A DNA stretch of 64,000 nucleotides, from IMG/VR virus record IMGVR_UViG_3300031418_000003; one strand, 5' to 3'. This stretch comes from a virus. Taxonomy: Duplodnaviria > Caudoviricetes. Shown here piece by piece: positions 29,801 to 40,196 of this stretch. Made by a program: the position numbers and the translations under genes. The first letter of the stretch is position 1, and each line of letters begins with the position of its first letter. The notes beneath the pieces were generated by a model. It saw only the letters and a program-made list of their open reading frames with translations, did not search any database and had not been told where the DNA came from.

Positions 29801-31255
29801 AATATCGATTTCACGATAGGTGTTAGCCGCATTCATGAAGTATTCAGCTTCACGGGTGGTGATCTGTCCCGTTTTAGACAGTTCCCGTAATTCACGTTCA
29901 ATAGCAGATGTCGGGGAGGCTGCGACCGCCGGCGTGATAGCCGCAGATTCTACAGTAACTCTCTCGAACACATCATCGGAGATATCCTTACCCCAGGAAT
30001 CTTCGTTAGAAAGATCTCCCTCTTCTTCCTCGAGTCCGGCTCCATCAGTGATATATGTCTCAGGATCAGACGCTTCTCCCTGGTTTCCGACGGGGTGAAC
30101 CGGTACAGGATCAGTTCTCTTAGCGCTGGCGTAAAGATCAGCGATAGAACCACTCCCACGATTATCATCCACAGGGGAACTGACGCCAGGAATCCTTTCG
30201 GACGCTTGCTCATTTGGTTTGACTCCGGATACTTGCGATCCGCTAAGACTTTCATCCTCTTCTTCTGCAGTCTCTTCTTCTTCCTGTACAGGGCTAACTG
30301 CCTCATTAACAGGAGAAACAAGGTTAATAAGATTAAGATAAAAACGTTTAAAATAATTAATTTTGAGAGAACTTGGTTTGTCATCTGAAGGTTTATCTGA
30401 ATAAGCCATTAAGTTGATCAAGTTCTGGAGATTAACAATCCAACATGTTCCGTTGTATGTAAAGATGATTTCAAGCTGACGCTTGGAGTCGTCATTAAGA
30501 CGGTTGAACAGCGAGTACTGTTTATCCTCAAAACCCATTAAGATCGCGAAGAGGTCAAGCAGCCAGAAACTCTGCTCGGCCTGGAAATGCCTTAACGCTC
30601 GCTTATCGTATTTAACTATTTGTCCATCCGCATTAAAGAACCCTTTGTACAGGTTAAACGCATACTCAAGTTCTTTGTATGTTGGGAAGGTGCGAGGTAA
30701 TGGAATTTCAACGAACTGGTGTTTGTTAAACTTACTGAACTCGTTAACGGAGTCCATCAACGTATAACGAGTGTTATATGAAGATTGGAACGGAGTGAAG
30801 ACTGTACGGCGGTTATAGACAATCGGAACCTGTCCAATCGCCAGATCGTTCACCAGCAGCTCACCTTCTTTACCAATCACACTCGGATAGTTTCGAGTAC
30901 GTTGGTACATGAAGTGTGAACCTTCATACGCTTTAATAAGGGCACTCAACTGAACCTGGACATTACGAATCGATCCTAAGACCACCTCGTAGTTCGGGTT
31001 AAAGAAGATGTTGATCCGCTTATCGTAATTACTGATAAAAGGAGCCGTGTTACTTGGACCCACTTCACCGGGATGCTGTTGCTGATAATGAATGAGCGAG
31101 TTACGTGGCAGCATGATGTCCCCGATAGGTGTATACCGGGGATTGGTGATATCATTAATCTTTTCACGTGTACCAAAAAGACGAACGAACATGCTGTACT
31201 GTAAAGCTTCATTCCCAGCGTGCGCAAACAAGTTTAAGGGAATGTGTTTCGACAT
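26891..31255 (-). CDS. Virion RNA polymerase beta subunit, main fragment (phiKZ gp178-like)
   Basis: 1454 aa; EAGKDSGKVG, FEDSI, ADKFVVGNQMKG beta-like motifs; acidic low-complexity insertion. Confidence 0.9.
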   Translation of the reverse strand: MSKHIPLNLFAHAGNEALQYSMFVRLFGTREKINDITNPRYTPIGDIMLPRNSLIHYQQQHPGEVGPSNTAPFISNYDKRINIFFNPNYEVVLGSIRNVQVQLSALIKAYEGSHFMYQRTRNYPSVIGKEGELLVNDLAIGQVPIVYNRRTVFTPFQSSYNTRYTLMDSVNEFSKFNKHQFVEIPLPRTFPTYKELEYAFNLYKGFFNADGQIVKYDKRALRHFQAEQSFWLLDLFAILMGFEDKQYSLFNRLNDDSKRQLEIIFTYNGTCWIVNLQNLINLMAYSDKPSDDKPSSLKINYFKRFYLNLINLVSPVNEAVSPVQEEEETAEEEDESLSGSQVSGVKPNEQASERIPGVSSPVDDNRGSGSIADLYASAKRTDPVPVHPVGNQGEASDPETYITDGAGLEEEEGDLSNEDSWGKDISDDVFERVTVESAAITPAVAASPTSAIERELRELSKTGQITTREAEYFMNAANTYREIDIGGRSLEEIADIKPENMQLKNEDLSPDSIVIQDKSVLRSRTEELRTEYITSGLLDRNIMEMVLHVQNGKTALTALDRETIITADSKYDVYTMKFQPIKGSASTRRMRIPKVEPDGTFTINGVKSYAQLMRMELPVRKISPTKVSLTSYYDKKVMVERSTMKVDDYASWLRKSIIEKSYVDKSIRVSLGGNKPPKDEVCYYYSILASRFKEISTAEFVFDFDTVKLVDGKRELAKLCTADSWILGFQGETPILIDASGLVTVGGEEKGYIEEILGLNVAKAPVPTATVNINGFKFPVVVVLSYWIGLSEVMKMLKVQYRTVDPDQRAQLSADEYMVAFADERMILNRRDELATLVMSGLRKLTGLNNFARSDLDNPNVWFSLMQDPRVKPSHFKEMSMIFDMFIDPITMRLLKKFKFPVVMDKLLIEAVKLMLSNEAKHEIELTEQRFVGYERFAGHVYREMVKATRMYRNKPNNGKKTFDLNPEAVMMNIITDSSCQAAEEVNPVHQVKSQEEYTFGGTLGRSDRAMVRRTRGQLPNYAGVVSEAGKDSGKVGFIGYLTSDAKITDLYGNVNVKEKGTNAGRGSVVMNLLYGTTKDDTKRTLFSGVQQSQVMAADNYAMNPLRTSYDSVLAYRTSELYSSISKKAGKVTEVSEYGMTVEYEDGSTDKFPLGYEIGKGAGEYHKHLKVTDRAVGYAFKAGEILAFDQMFFARDPIDNTRVVWLSGGNARIALFEDQFTFEDSIGIVKSFADASTSPFLKPNEFTVDKHQSIKLHVKLGDEVEYDQILCDIQNPESAAFDYDDVDDFAGLDRLGIKQIKAKQSGRITKIDVVYNGDPEDWDESLRAFIKKQDAVRGKIASYKQMTAPTGNVGGNTSVGKSKLYPDTAVVLIYIDNKIKTTTADKFVVGNQMKGTVGFIYENPIYTTDGRPVDIIFSLKSLLNRMVLSLRDKLVANEINNVYTTRMISKYGRY

Positions 31256-32886
31256 TATGATAATCCATTGGTTAATGAACGTAAAAGGAATTCATGCGGT
31301 TCTTGCACCGGGTCATATAAGAAATCCCCAGAACCTGAAATATAGAAGTCGCGTTTACCAAATAACTCTTCAACTTCACGAATGGAGTCTTCTGCCATGA
31401 TGGAGTTTGCGGACAAGGCGTCACCATCGAAGTCAGCACCGGCTAAGCCAATACGAATGTTCGCAATTGACATCCCATCAAAGTAGCTGGGGTTCTTTGT
31501 ATAAGCCGGGAAGTAATTGTACTTGGTGATAACCGTCTGTCCATCCAGATCCAGCAGGACACGTTCACCTGAAGTGGAGTTGGTTGGCATGACGAAGACG
31601 CGACTTGGATAGATAGACCCTATCCCAGTAATTGGGTATCGGGTAACTTGCAACATCTTCTTCTCAATTTCAGGCACACACTGCATATAGAAGAATTGTG
31701 TATACGTTACCGGACGCACCAGTTTCTTGTTCATCCCTTCAGGCAGGTCATCGATGTCGTGCAGGAGCATGACATTCGTGCCGTCGTCATAGACCAGACC
31801 CAGGTAATGACCGGCTACTTTAATATCCCGATTACGCAGGTTCGGTGAACCGTAGCCGTTGAACATGGAGGTTAGGCCGTCACTCGATGTGAACTTGTCA
31901 ACAATCGTTGGGCCGACTTCTACATAAACCGCATTGAGGGTCTTTGGGTCGACCAGACGAGCTGTTCCTAATCCTGAGGTGAACACTTCATTTAAGAAGC
32001 CGTTGGTCAGTTGATGAATAGCGACCAAGTTAAAACCCAGGAGTGCTTGGAACAGACCAATGATGGTTGAATTAGGATCACCGGTGACATTGTTGTCACA
32101 GTCTTCCACAGAGACTTTACGCGAAGTAATGACGTTACGCGTTGCGCCAAAGATAGCACGACGTGATAAACGACGCTGCATGAAACCACGCTTACCTTCT
32201 TGCATATTAAAGAAGAAGTCAGCGATATCATTAAAGCTACCCTGAAGACCCCAGCGGATACTGTCATAAACAGGATCAGTTGGATCGATGTTCTTAATGC
32301 TCAGCGATTTACTGCGGAAGATCAATTTACGATAAAGATCGTTGACTTCATTTTCAGTCACTACGTTACCGGTTCCGTTGGGAACAAATTCGATATCACG
32401 AATGCCCGCCGGGATAACAATCACTTTGCTTGATAGGGCTTGTGATTTAAATTTATCAACAAGGTCGATCTTCTGTTTGCGTTTAAAGGATTCGTTTTGT
32501 TTCGGATCCAATTCAGCAAAGTGACCCATAAAGAAAGCAAAGCCCGTGTCACCTTCGATGATGTTGGATTTTATGAAATCCTTCTCAACAGGATCCCAAG
32601 TGGCATAAGCTTTGCCTTTAATGATTTCACCGTACAGACTCTTTAACTGAATCAGTGCTTTGAAATAGGTCGGGTTGAAGATGGGAAGTGTGACATCAAT
32701 ATATGAAATGGTGGTATCACGTTCTGCGGTACCGACACGACCAAAGATTTCAGTAGAGTAAAGACCCTGATCATTCAAGTTACTGGTTTGTCCTTCAAAG
32801 GCATCCGCAACAGTAACTGGCTTCATTAAAGCCCAGGGAACTTTATTGGGATCCAATAAAGTAAAGTTAGTGGGGTTTCTGCTCAT
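31255..32886 (-). CDS. Virion RNA polymerase beta-prime catalytic fragment (phiKZ gp180-like)
   Basis: DQGLYSTEIFG, VTRYP and the catalytic GADFDGD motif. Confidence 0.92.
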   Translation of the reverse strand: MSRNPTNFTLLDPNKVPWALMKPVTVADAFEGQTSNLNDQGLYSTEIFGRVGTAERDTTISYIDVTLPIFNPTYFKALIQLKSLYGEIIKGKAYATWDPVEKDFIKSNIIEGDTGFAFFMGHFAELDPKQNESFKRKQKIDLVDKFKSQALSSKVIVIPAGIRDIEFVPNGTGNVVTENEVNDLYRKLIFRSKSLSIKNIDPTDPVYDSIRWGLQGSFNDIADFFFNMQEGKRGFMQRRLSRRAIFGATRNVITSRKVSVEDCDNNVTGDPNSTIIGLFQALLGFNLVAIHQLTNGFLNEVFTSGLGTARLVDPKTLNAVYVEVGPTIVDKFTSSDGLTSMFNGYGSPNLRNRDIKVAGHYLGLVYDDGTNVMLLHDIDDLPEGMNKKLVRPVTYTQFFYMQCVPEIEKKMLQVTRYPITGIGSIYPSRVFVMPTNSTSGERVLLDLDGQTVITKYNYFPAYTKNPSYFDGMSIANIRIGLAGADFDGDALSANSIMAEDSIREVEELFGKRDFYISGSGDFLYDPVQEPHEFLLRSLTNGLS

Positions 32887-32913
32887 TTCTGAGTTTTCCT
32901 AAAGAGGTAAAGT

Positions 32914-35900
32914 ATGGCCGATGATTTCGAGCTCGATTGGGGTGATGACCCCTTCGGTGGCGATATAGACTTTGATATGGATTTCGATATGGATCCGTTC
33001 AAAGGAAAAGGCTTTTTAAGATCGGTAGCAACGGGCTTCTTGCAAGGCATTGGAACAGAAACAGTAGGCAGTTCATCAGCTCGTTTTAGAACGGCACGAA
33101 CTCTCTTACCGGGTTCTTTTACCAACGCATTAGACAAAGCGTCATTTCTTAATGATCGCCTAGGTCAGCTTGCAGCGGAGTTCAGGGAAGAGAATGCCGA
33201 AGCTGCGAAATCCTTGCAAAACATTGCGACCCACATTAATCAGAAGATGGGGGATAAACTTCCCGGATTCATGAGCCAAGGGTTGGGTAATTTCAGTGCC
33301 AAAGATTTCTCTTCTTGGGAAAAACTGGAGTCACGTTCCGATCGTTTCGGTGAACGTATAGACAGTACAACTGAAAGCGATGTTGAACAAGCACTGGACA
33401 CGTCTATCAACGCCCAGGCTGGGATGTTCGCGTCATTGGGTGATTCACTCAATAGCATGACGGCAGCCGCCACGGGTGCGATACAGGCTTCTATTGGGGC
33501 TGGTAATCGTCAGTTGGTAAACATTGAAAGCGCAATGCGCGATACCCTGAGTTATTTGCGCAATGTTGATGCCAAGATCCAGCAAGCCCAGTTGAACTTA
33601 GCAGCGCGGACTTATGTTAACCAAGCCAAGTTCTACAAGTTCATGGAAGCAGGTGTTCATGCCGAAGTGGCTGAGTTAAAGAAGATCTCTAAATACTCCG
33701 GTATGAGTGACTTCGAAAAGACCAGTACCTTTACTGCTTCTAAAGCCTATATGCGCCAGCGCGTCTTTAACACGGTGGGTAAACGTTTAGGTGGACTGTC
33801 TGGTTTAATGCGCGACAAGTTCAGCGAAGAAAACCGTAAAGAAACTTACGGGGTTGTGGGTTCTCTTCTTAACAACGTCAGTGACGGGTTAAGCATGGCC
33901 GGTGATACCAACATGTCCCGTGGCATGATCGGTAACCTCATCGGTAACATGATGGCTGGCGTTGCGGTAGACCAGCTCCCTGCGTTCTTTAAACGGGGTC
34001 CGGGTAAAAAGGCAATTGACCGCCTGACCAAACTCTATCCAGAACAAGCTGGTTATATAAAGGAACAGATCGACAAACTCACAGATGTGGGTAACGTCAT
34101 TTCATACGCGTCAACGTCGGGCGTTGGGATGTTGAACTACATGGCGCAGAACTATCAGCCCATGGATGAAATGAAGTACGTTGATTACGAACATTACCTG
34201 GATGAATTACCACCGGGTAAGAAGCCGTTACCGAAAGCCGCTTGGACGGCCTTGAACGCCGCCAGTAACCGCGGTAAAGAAGCAATCAACAAACTGATGG
34301 GTGATACCACGAAAACTCGTGGAACACAATACACCCTGAAGAAACGTAATGTGAAAGATCTTAACCAACCCGGTATTTGGAAAGAGATCAACAACATCAC
34401 ACTGAACGAAGTCTTGCCTGGATTGATTTCCAAAACGAACACCCTTTTGGAACAGATGCGTACCGGTAAAGACGATGTGGAGTCGGTCAACTATAACTAC
34501 ATGCGGGGTGAGTTCCAAACGGATTCTCAACGCCGTATTTCAGTGCAAGCTGACTTGATGCCACACGGTGAGTTCCAGCGTTATGCGCAGGCTTCCTTGT
34601 CGCTGGTTGATTCAATTGACCCTGACAAAATGTTATCCCCGGCAACCCGCAAAGCTTTCGCTCAGCAGGTAGCTAAAGATATTGATTCGGAAATGGGCTT
34701 TAACCCGTATTACTATTTGGGTGACATTAAAGGAATGTCGTCGTCTGCTCAGAAAGAAGTGCACGCCGCATTAATGCGTCACTTCGGTATCACCACGCAG
34801 GATGTGGGAACCTTTAACAGTTCTGACAGTTTCCAGCGTATGAAACAGATGAGCAAGATGCCAACCAAAGAAGGTCGTGAACGCCTTAACAATGTGTCTG
34901 CCAATGCGGAGAACATCAAGGCTAACTTCCCGAATGTGGCTGAGCGTATTGACTTGTTGCGCTCTACCGGTAACGAACAGATGCTCCGTGACCTGGGTGT
35001 GATCTACACCGAGAACGGTATTGACAAAATCAATATCCAAGCCTTCCATGATCGTATCGGTCAGTATATGGATGACCCGAACAATCCAGTACTGCGCGGG
35101 GTTTCACCAGGACAGGGTAAGAAAGCACCTACTGTCGGTCCGGGGTTACGCAATATCGGTAACTCAGGCCCAACATTGAATCCGGTCGGAGATCTCAACG
35201 AAACGCTGCGTGCGCTGACAGAGAAACTCGGTGCAATACCTCAGGCTCAGGAACAAGCCCCTGCACCTCAAAATGCATCACAGGTAAACTTTGATTCTAT
35301 CACCGGTATCTTCACTGATATCAAAGAGAGCAACACCGGAATCCTGACCAGCACCAAAAGTATCGAAGGACTGATGAACTCCATGCTTGAGTTGGCCAAA
35401 GCCGGCAAGCTCATGACAGGTGCACCAAAAAGTGCAACCGCGGAACGTCAGGAAGAGTCTGCTAAGAAATCCTTCTTAGATAAAGTGAAAGGGTACATGC
35501 CAACCGGAATGCTCGGTAAAGGTATGGACTTTGTCATGAATCAGAACCCGATAGTGTTAGGTGGTATCTTAGGCTCGATCGGCGCCGCAGTGACCAGTAA
35601 GAACTGGATGCTTTCTGGTGCAATGGCAGCCGGTGGTTTAGCGTTGGGTGTCGCGATCGATCATTATCAACGCCGTAAGAACAAAAGTACCTCTGCTGAA
35701 GGTGCAGCGACTGCCCCAAGTGATGATGAAGACATCTTAGATGAAAAGGGTGAACCATTACTCAAATCAGCCAAGTTAAAAGCGGGTGAGTATTTCGACG
35801 CCGCTACACGTCAAGTCATCAAGACCTGGTCCGATATTCGCGGTCCTGTTATTGACGGGGTGACTAAAGCAGTTATTGGGGCACGTGACCTGGCTGGAAA

Positions 35901-38900
35901 GATCTTTGGTCCAGATGGTCGTGCTGTCGCGTTAAGTGGCTTACGTCGCGTTAGAGACGGCATAGTGGGCGCATATAACTTAGCTAACCCAATGGGTCGT
36001 CTGCGTTCATTAATGGACAGCGGAAAAGAACTGGTTTATCAGCAAGACGTTTACGTTAAAGGTCAAAAGGAACCTGCGTTACGCGCTACTGGATTCAAAT
36101 CTGGCAGCTACTACGTTCGTGATGAATCGGGTAACTTCAAACCAATTACGGGATGGAATGAAATTGATGGTCCGGTTTATGATGAGGAAGGTAACCAACT
36201 GGTTAGCGAAGCCGAGTACAAATCAGGACTGGTCACGTCGTCAGGTCTGGCTGTACGCAACATGGGCAGCGGTGTTGCTAGTGTGGTTGGCGGTGCAGCG
36301 GGGCTGGCTCGATCTGGCGTCAATGCCTTACTGGGAAAATTTGGTTACACAGCTCCAGGTGTTAAAACAGAACCTGGTTCCGCTGCTCAGAGTAGCCGCA
36401 GCTCATCTGGGGTTGAACATCGACTGGATCTGATTTATAAGATGTTGTCTCAGCATTTCGGTATCCCAATGGAAACAACGGGAATAACGGAATCTGTGCG
36501 CTCTGCTATTACGGGCGGTTCTGCCGGTCCCAAGATGCGCCTTAACTCATTGGCCTGGAAAAAGAAAGAGGCTGATGAAGAAGAGAAGCACAAGGTGAAC
36601 AAGGCAATCATTCAGATTGCTAAGAACACCAAAGGGATGGGTGAGGAACACGAAGATGACGGTAAGGGCAAAGGCTTCTTCGGTAAAATCAAAGACATGT
36701 TCATTGCGCTGGGTGGGTTTGGTCTGAAGTTGATCAAGAACCCAATTGGGACTATCGGCAGCATGATTTTTGGCAGCATGGTGAACTCAACTGTTCGTCT
36801 GGCGAAGATCGGTAGTGCGTTGTTCTCTGGTGTTCTGGGTGTTGCTTCTCCTATCTTCAAACTCATGAAGTGGGGGTTCAGTAAAATTGCCGCTGGGTTG
36901 TTAGGTGGTAGGGGTCGTGGTAGAGGCGGGATTGATGTCGATGTCGGTGGTGAACCGGATCAACGTGGACAATCTTCTCGCAGGCGGAGAAGGGCAAACG
37001 CCGGCGGTCGCAGAGGAAGACGCGGTGGTAGAATTGGTAGCTTTGCAAAAGGCGCCGCTTTCTCAGCCGTGGGTGCGTATGCGCTAGACTCTGTAATGGA
37101 TAATGACGAAGAAGATTATCAGAACGGTACTGAGGAATTGGAATCTGGACAACGTGATCCTGTTACGGGTCGTTATGCGACTACGTCTGACAAGATCATG
37201 GACACAGTAACCGATTGGCTCCCTCAGGGTAGCCTGGCTAAATCTGTCGTTGAAGGGGTACTCGGTCCCAAGGGATACGAAGATCTGGACAACAAAGGTT
37301 TATTCTGGACGTCTGACGGTAGCTTCTTTATGGATCGTCGTAAACGCGATGCCGCTCAGGCTGTGTTGGATGGCAAGCCGGTGATTAATAACGCACCGGG
37401 TGTTGATAAAGCTGCAACCAAACTGACCACCCAAAGAAAGATCCGTTTGGCAATGTACGGCGTTAACAACCCAGAGAGTAATCTGGCACGTCGCGTCATG
37501 GCACTGGAAAACCAGATGTATCAGTACGTGGTGATTCGGGGCGGGAACGCATCGTTGAAACCGGATACCCCAACAGCACAATTGGTGAACGCGTTTGCCG
37601 AAGGTGCCATGGACAAAGGAACTGATAAAGGTTCTGTGGGTGTGTGGTTCATGAGCCGTTTCAAACCGGTCTTTATGACGTTCAATGCGGCCGTGGCTGT
37701 TGAGAAGATGGGTGACATCGTCGAGTTCGATAACTCTAAAAGTTATGATGCAGTCAAAGTGGTTGAGAAGGTTCAACGTACTGTGGCTTCCATGAACCCG
37801 CCTCCATATTCTATCGATGTTCGTATCGACGCTAAAGAAGCGACCATGGGTCCTGAACAGACACGCGATGCGATTGCCAAACTCTTTGAGCAACTGAAGA
37901 AGGAACTTCCTGAGCCCGCGGAGCCTACCGCAGAATCTCGTACTGAAGCCGCTGAGACCCAAACCAAAGAAGCAGCTAATGCAGCACCTGCAGGAGCAAC
38001 CCCACAAGTTGCTACAGCGTCTGCACCGGGCACGGCATCTGCTGCCGCGGCAGCCTCTCAGAAAGCCGCTGACGGTACAACCGTTGCACCTGCTGATGTC
38101 ATGACCATTGACATCTCCGACATGTACCCAGGTAAGGATGGGAAGTTAGATCCATTCACCTTGGCACGTCTGGCAGTCTACGGTAACAACGCCAGTACAC
38201 CGTGGCGGTTGGAAGCTGTCTTGAAGTTGGAGCGTTATACTGAGAAGTTCATTATGATCTCAGGCAACGAAGCTCGCTTTACGGGTAAATCAGGTCAGTT
38301 GATGGAACTGTTTAAAGCAGCCTTCCATATTAACGAACGCAATACCCAATCCAAGAACAGCTGGTCATTGTGGTTCCGCGATCGTTTCTTACCAACCCTG
38401 ATGGAATACAGCAAACAGGTTTATAAACTCCGTGGTGGATTGCCGGCTAAAAACTGGCAGGGATTATCGGACACTAACCGTGCACAGATTGCTCGCACAT
38501 TAGTAAACCTGGTTGTATCGGTAGATGATAAACATGTGCCAGTGTGGACAGTAAAAGCATCACCATTCCCGGACTCTGATTCTAACTCTTACCCAGATCG
38601 TGCTGATCGTTATCTTAATGTGCTTGATGCGAAAGCTAAAGAAGCAAAAGCTAAAGATCCCGAAATGGAACAGGTGAAGAGTCAAGCTACCGATGCCGGT
38701 AAAGAAGAAGTTCTCCAACGGGCACAGTCTGCTCAGGCGAACAACGCTCGGACCCAATCTATCCTGGAGTCTGTTTATAAAACAGGTGCGACTGGATTTG
38801 GGTCAGGTGGCGGTGGAGCCATCCGTTCATTGGGCAGCAGTGGTGCAGCAGGTGGTGCTCAAGGTGGGTACTATCCAAATGCGACCATGAGTGCACCAGG

Positions 38901-40149
38901 AGGTGGAGCAGGTTCGGCTGGTTCCTTTATGGGTAAAGCTGACTCTAACTTCAACCCTGAGTTCATTAAGAAAGCGGGTGCGGATAAAGGGATTAAAATG
39001 TCACTGGCGCAAGGTGATCAGCTCATGCTGAACCATCTCGTGAAAGCAGGTTTCCGTGACAACAAAACCCTGGCTCTTGCATTGGCGATGGCACGCAAAG
39101 AAACCGGTGGATATCAGAGTACTGCTGAAGACACCAACTGGTCAGCTCCAACGTTGCTCAAGTACTTCAAGAACATCCCTGATGCGGCTACCGCACAGAA
39201 AGTTGCTGCGATGTCCCCTGTTGAACGTGCGATGTATGTTTACGGTCGTGCACCAAAAGGTCCTCAGTTAGGTAACACTAAACCAGAGGACGGATGGATG
39301 TACCGTGGACGTGGTCTGTTCCAGTTGACCGGTAAAGCCAACTACGAGGCCTTTAAGAAAGCGTCAGGTATTGATGTAGTTAGTCATCCTGAATTGGTTT
39401 CTGAAGATCCCAATGTAATGGCTCAATCGGCTGTCTGGTTCTTGAAGAACAATGCGGCAATGAAGTCAATTGCCAAGACAGGTGACTTCGACACAGCAGT
39501 AAGGGGTATCAACGGTGGTAATGCGGTTCCGGCTACGGATGAACGCCGTAACTATTACAATGACTATCTGAACAAGTTACGAAGTGGTGAATTAACAATT
39601 CCAGGTGGCACGGACAGTGCGGATGGAGCTGAACAGAATGATCAGGCAGCAATGGCTAACCAAGCCCCTGATGTTCCAGCGGCTGCAGACAAAAACGTTC
39701 CTGCTACTAAAGTTGTTAAGGGTGGGGCAACGGGCGCCCTGTTGGATCAGGCAGAGAAATCTTCTGCCCCTTCTAATGCAGGGTCCCCACCGCCTACAAG
39801 CAATGCCTCCCCGATGTCTCAGAGTACCGTGACATCCTCTGCACCGGCAGCAAGTAATGATAATGCTCCGGTAACCAATTCAAGCTCTACAGATAGCCCA
39901 GCGGGATCTCCGACCACACCTGCTACATCAGCTCCACAAAGTTCTTCCCCAGCGCCAGCATCGAACGCACGTCAAAATGCGCCAGCTGCACCTGAGCGGA
40001 CCAGAACAACCACGGGTGCGCCAGTTCCTGCTGCGCCTGTTGTTAGTGAAGTGGATAAAGCAATGGCGGATATCGGTGTTCAACAATTGACCGTCTTGAA
40101 AGAGATCAGTAAAAAGTTGGATTCTAAAACCCCTGCTGTACACATGTAA
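32914..40149 (+). CDS. Tail-associated lysin / tape-measure-like protein (phiKZ gp181-like) with GH19 domain
   Basis: 2411 aa, long helical body; near the C-terminus MARKETGG...LGNTKPEDGWMYRGRGLFQLTGKANY (GH19). Confidence 0.88.
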   Translation: MADDFELDWGDDPFGGDIDFDMDFDMDPFKGKGFLRSVATGFLQGIGTETVGSSSARFRTARTLLPGSFTNALDKASFLNDRLGQLAAEFREENAEAAKSLQNIATHINQKMGDKLPGFMSQGLGNFSAKDFSSWEKLESRSDRFGERIDSTTESDVEQALDTSINAQAGMFASLGDSLNSMTAAATGAIQASIGAGNRQLVNIESAMRDTLSYLRNVDAKIQQAQLNLAARTYVNQAKFYKFMEAGVHAEVAELKKISKYSGMSDFEKTSTFTASKAYMRQRVFNTVGKRLGGLSGLMRDKFSEENRKETYGVVGSLLNNVSDGLSMAGDTNMSRGMIGNLIGNMMAGVAVDQLPAFFKRGPGKKAIDRLTKLYPEQAGYIKEQIDKLTDVGNVISYASTSGVGMLNYMAQNYQPMDEMKYVDYEHYLDELPPGKKPLPKAAWTALNAASNRGKEAINKLMGDTTKTRGTQYTLKKRNVKDLNQPGIWKEINNITLNEVLPGLISKTNTLLEQMRTGKDDVESVNYNYMRGEFQTDSQRRISVQADLMPHGEFQRYAQASLSLVDSIDPDKMLSPATRKAFAQQVAKDIDSEMGFNPYYYLGDIKGMSSSAQKEVHAALMRHFGITTQDVGTFNSSDSFQRMKQMSKMPTKEGRERLNNVSANAENIKANFPNVAERIDLLRSTGNEQMLRDLGVIYTENGIDKINIQAFHDRIGQYMDDPNNPVLRGVSPGQGKKAPTVGPGLRNIGNSGPTLNPVGDLNETLRALTEKLGAIPQAQEQAPAPQNASQVNFDSITGIFTDIKESNTGILTSTKSIEGLMNSMLELAKAGKLMTGAPKSATAERQEESAKKSFLDKVKGYMPTGMLGKGMDFVMNQNPIVLGGILGSIGAAVTSKNWMLSGAMAAGGLALGVAIDHYQRRKNKSTSAEGAATAPSDDEDILDEKGEPLLKSAKLKAGEYFDAATRQVIKTWSDIRGPVIDGVTKAVIGARDLAGKIFGPDGRAVALSGLRRVRDGIVGAYNLANPMGRLRSLMDSGKELVYQQDVYVKGQKEPALRATGFKSGSYYVRDESGNFKPITGWNEIDGPVYDEEGNQLVSEAEYKSGLVTSSGLAVRNMGSGVASVVGGAAGLARSGVNALLGKFGYTAPGVKTEPGSAAQSSRSSSGVEHRLDLIYKMLSQHFGIPMETTGITESVRSAITGGSAGPKMRLNSLAWKKKEADEEEKHKVNKAIIQIAKNTKGMGEEHEDDGKGKGFFGKIKDMFIALGGFGLKLIKNPIGTIGSMIFGSMVNSTVRLAKIGSALFSGVLGVASPIFKLMKWGFSKIAAGLLGGRGRGRGGIDVDVGGEPDQRGQSSRRRRRANAGGRRGRRGGRIGSFAKGAAFSAVGAYALDSVMDNDEEDYQNGTEELESGQRDPVTGRYATTSDKIMDTVTDWLPQGSLAKSVVEGVLGPKGYEDLDNKGLFWTSDGSFFMDRRKRDAAQAVLDGKPVINNAPGVDKAATKLTTQRKIRLAMYGVNNPESNLARRVMALENQMYQYVVIRGGNASLKPDTPTAQLVNAFAEGAMDKGTDKGSVGVWFMSRFKPVFMTFNAAVAVEKMGDIVEFDNSKSYDAVKVVEKVQRTVASMNPPPYSIDVRIDAKEATMGPEQTRDAIAKLFEQLKKELPEPAEPTAESRTEAAETQTKEAANAAPAGATPQVATASAPGTASAAAAASQKAADGTTVAPADVMTIDISDMYPGKDGKLDPFTLARLAVYGNNASTPWRLEAVLKLERYTEKFIMISGNEARFTGKSGQLMELFKAAFHINERNTQSKNSWSLWFRDRFLPTLMEYSKQVYKLRGGLPAKNWQGLSDTNRAQIARTLVNLVVSVDDKHVPVWTVKASPFPDSDSNSYPDRADRYLNVLDAKAKEAKAKDPEMEQVKSQATDAGKEEVLQRAQSAQANNARTQSILESVYKTGATGFGSGGGGAIRSLGSSGAAGGAQGGYYPNATMSAPGGGAGSAGSFMGKADSNFNPEFIKKAGADKGIKMSLAQGDQLMLNHLVKAGFRDNKTLALALAMARKETGGYQSTAEDTNWSAPTLLKYFKNIPDAATAQKVAAMSPVERAMYVYGRAPKGPQLGNTKPEDGWMYRGRGLFQLTGKANYEAFKKASGIDVVSHPELVSEDPNVMAQSAVWFLKNNAAMKSIAKTGDFDTAVRGINGGNAVPATDERRNYYNDYLNKLRSGELTIPGGTDSADGAEQNDQAAMANQAPDVPAAADKNVPATKVVKGGATGALLDQAEKSSAPSNAGSPPPTSNASPMSQSTVTSSAPAASNDNAPVTNSSSTDSPAGSPTTPATSAPQSSSPAPASNARQNAPAAPERTRTTTGAPVPAAPVVSEVDKAMADIGVQQLTVLKEISKKLDSKTPAVHM

Positions 40150-40157
40150 GCGTAACC

Positions 40158-40179
40158 TAAGTGCCCTTCGGGGCACTTA
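40158..40179 (+). terminator. Intercistronic cUUCGg hairpin
   Basis: TAAGTGCCC-TTCG-GGGCACTTA; no U-tract follows, so it may be a stabiliser or weak terminator. Confidence 0.6.
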
Positions 40180-40196
40180 ACTTAAAGGTCAAAGCC

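Noticed and set aside
26891-32886. Introns, inteins or homing endonucleases in the vRNAP genes
   Set aside because: ORFs are continuous, of expected size, with no intein or endonuclease motifs seen; the beta insertion is simple acidic low-complexity sequence.
37300-38007. 235-aa antisense ORF in the gp181-like gene, and the many other 60-170-aa overlapping ORFs in the track
   Set aside because: Shadows of long biased genes with unnatural composition.
39600-40149. Low-complexity S/A/P/T-rich end of the gp181-like protein as a tandem repeat
   Set aside because: Compositional bias only; no discrete repeat unit at DNA level.
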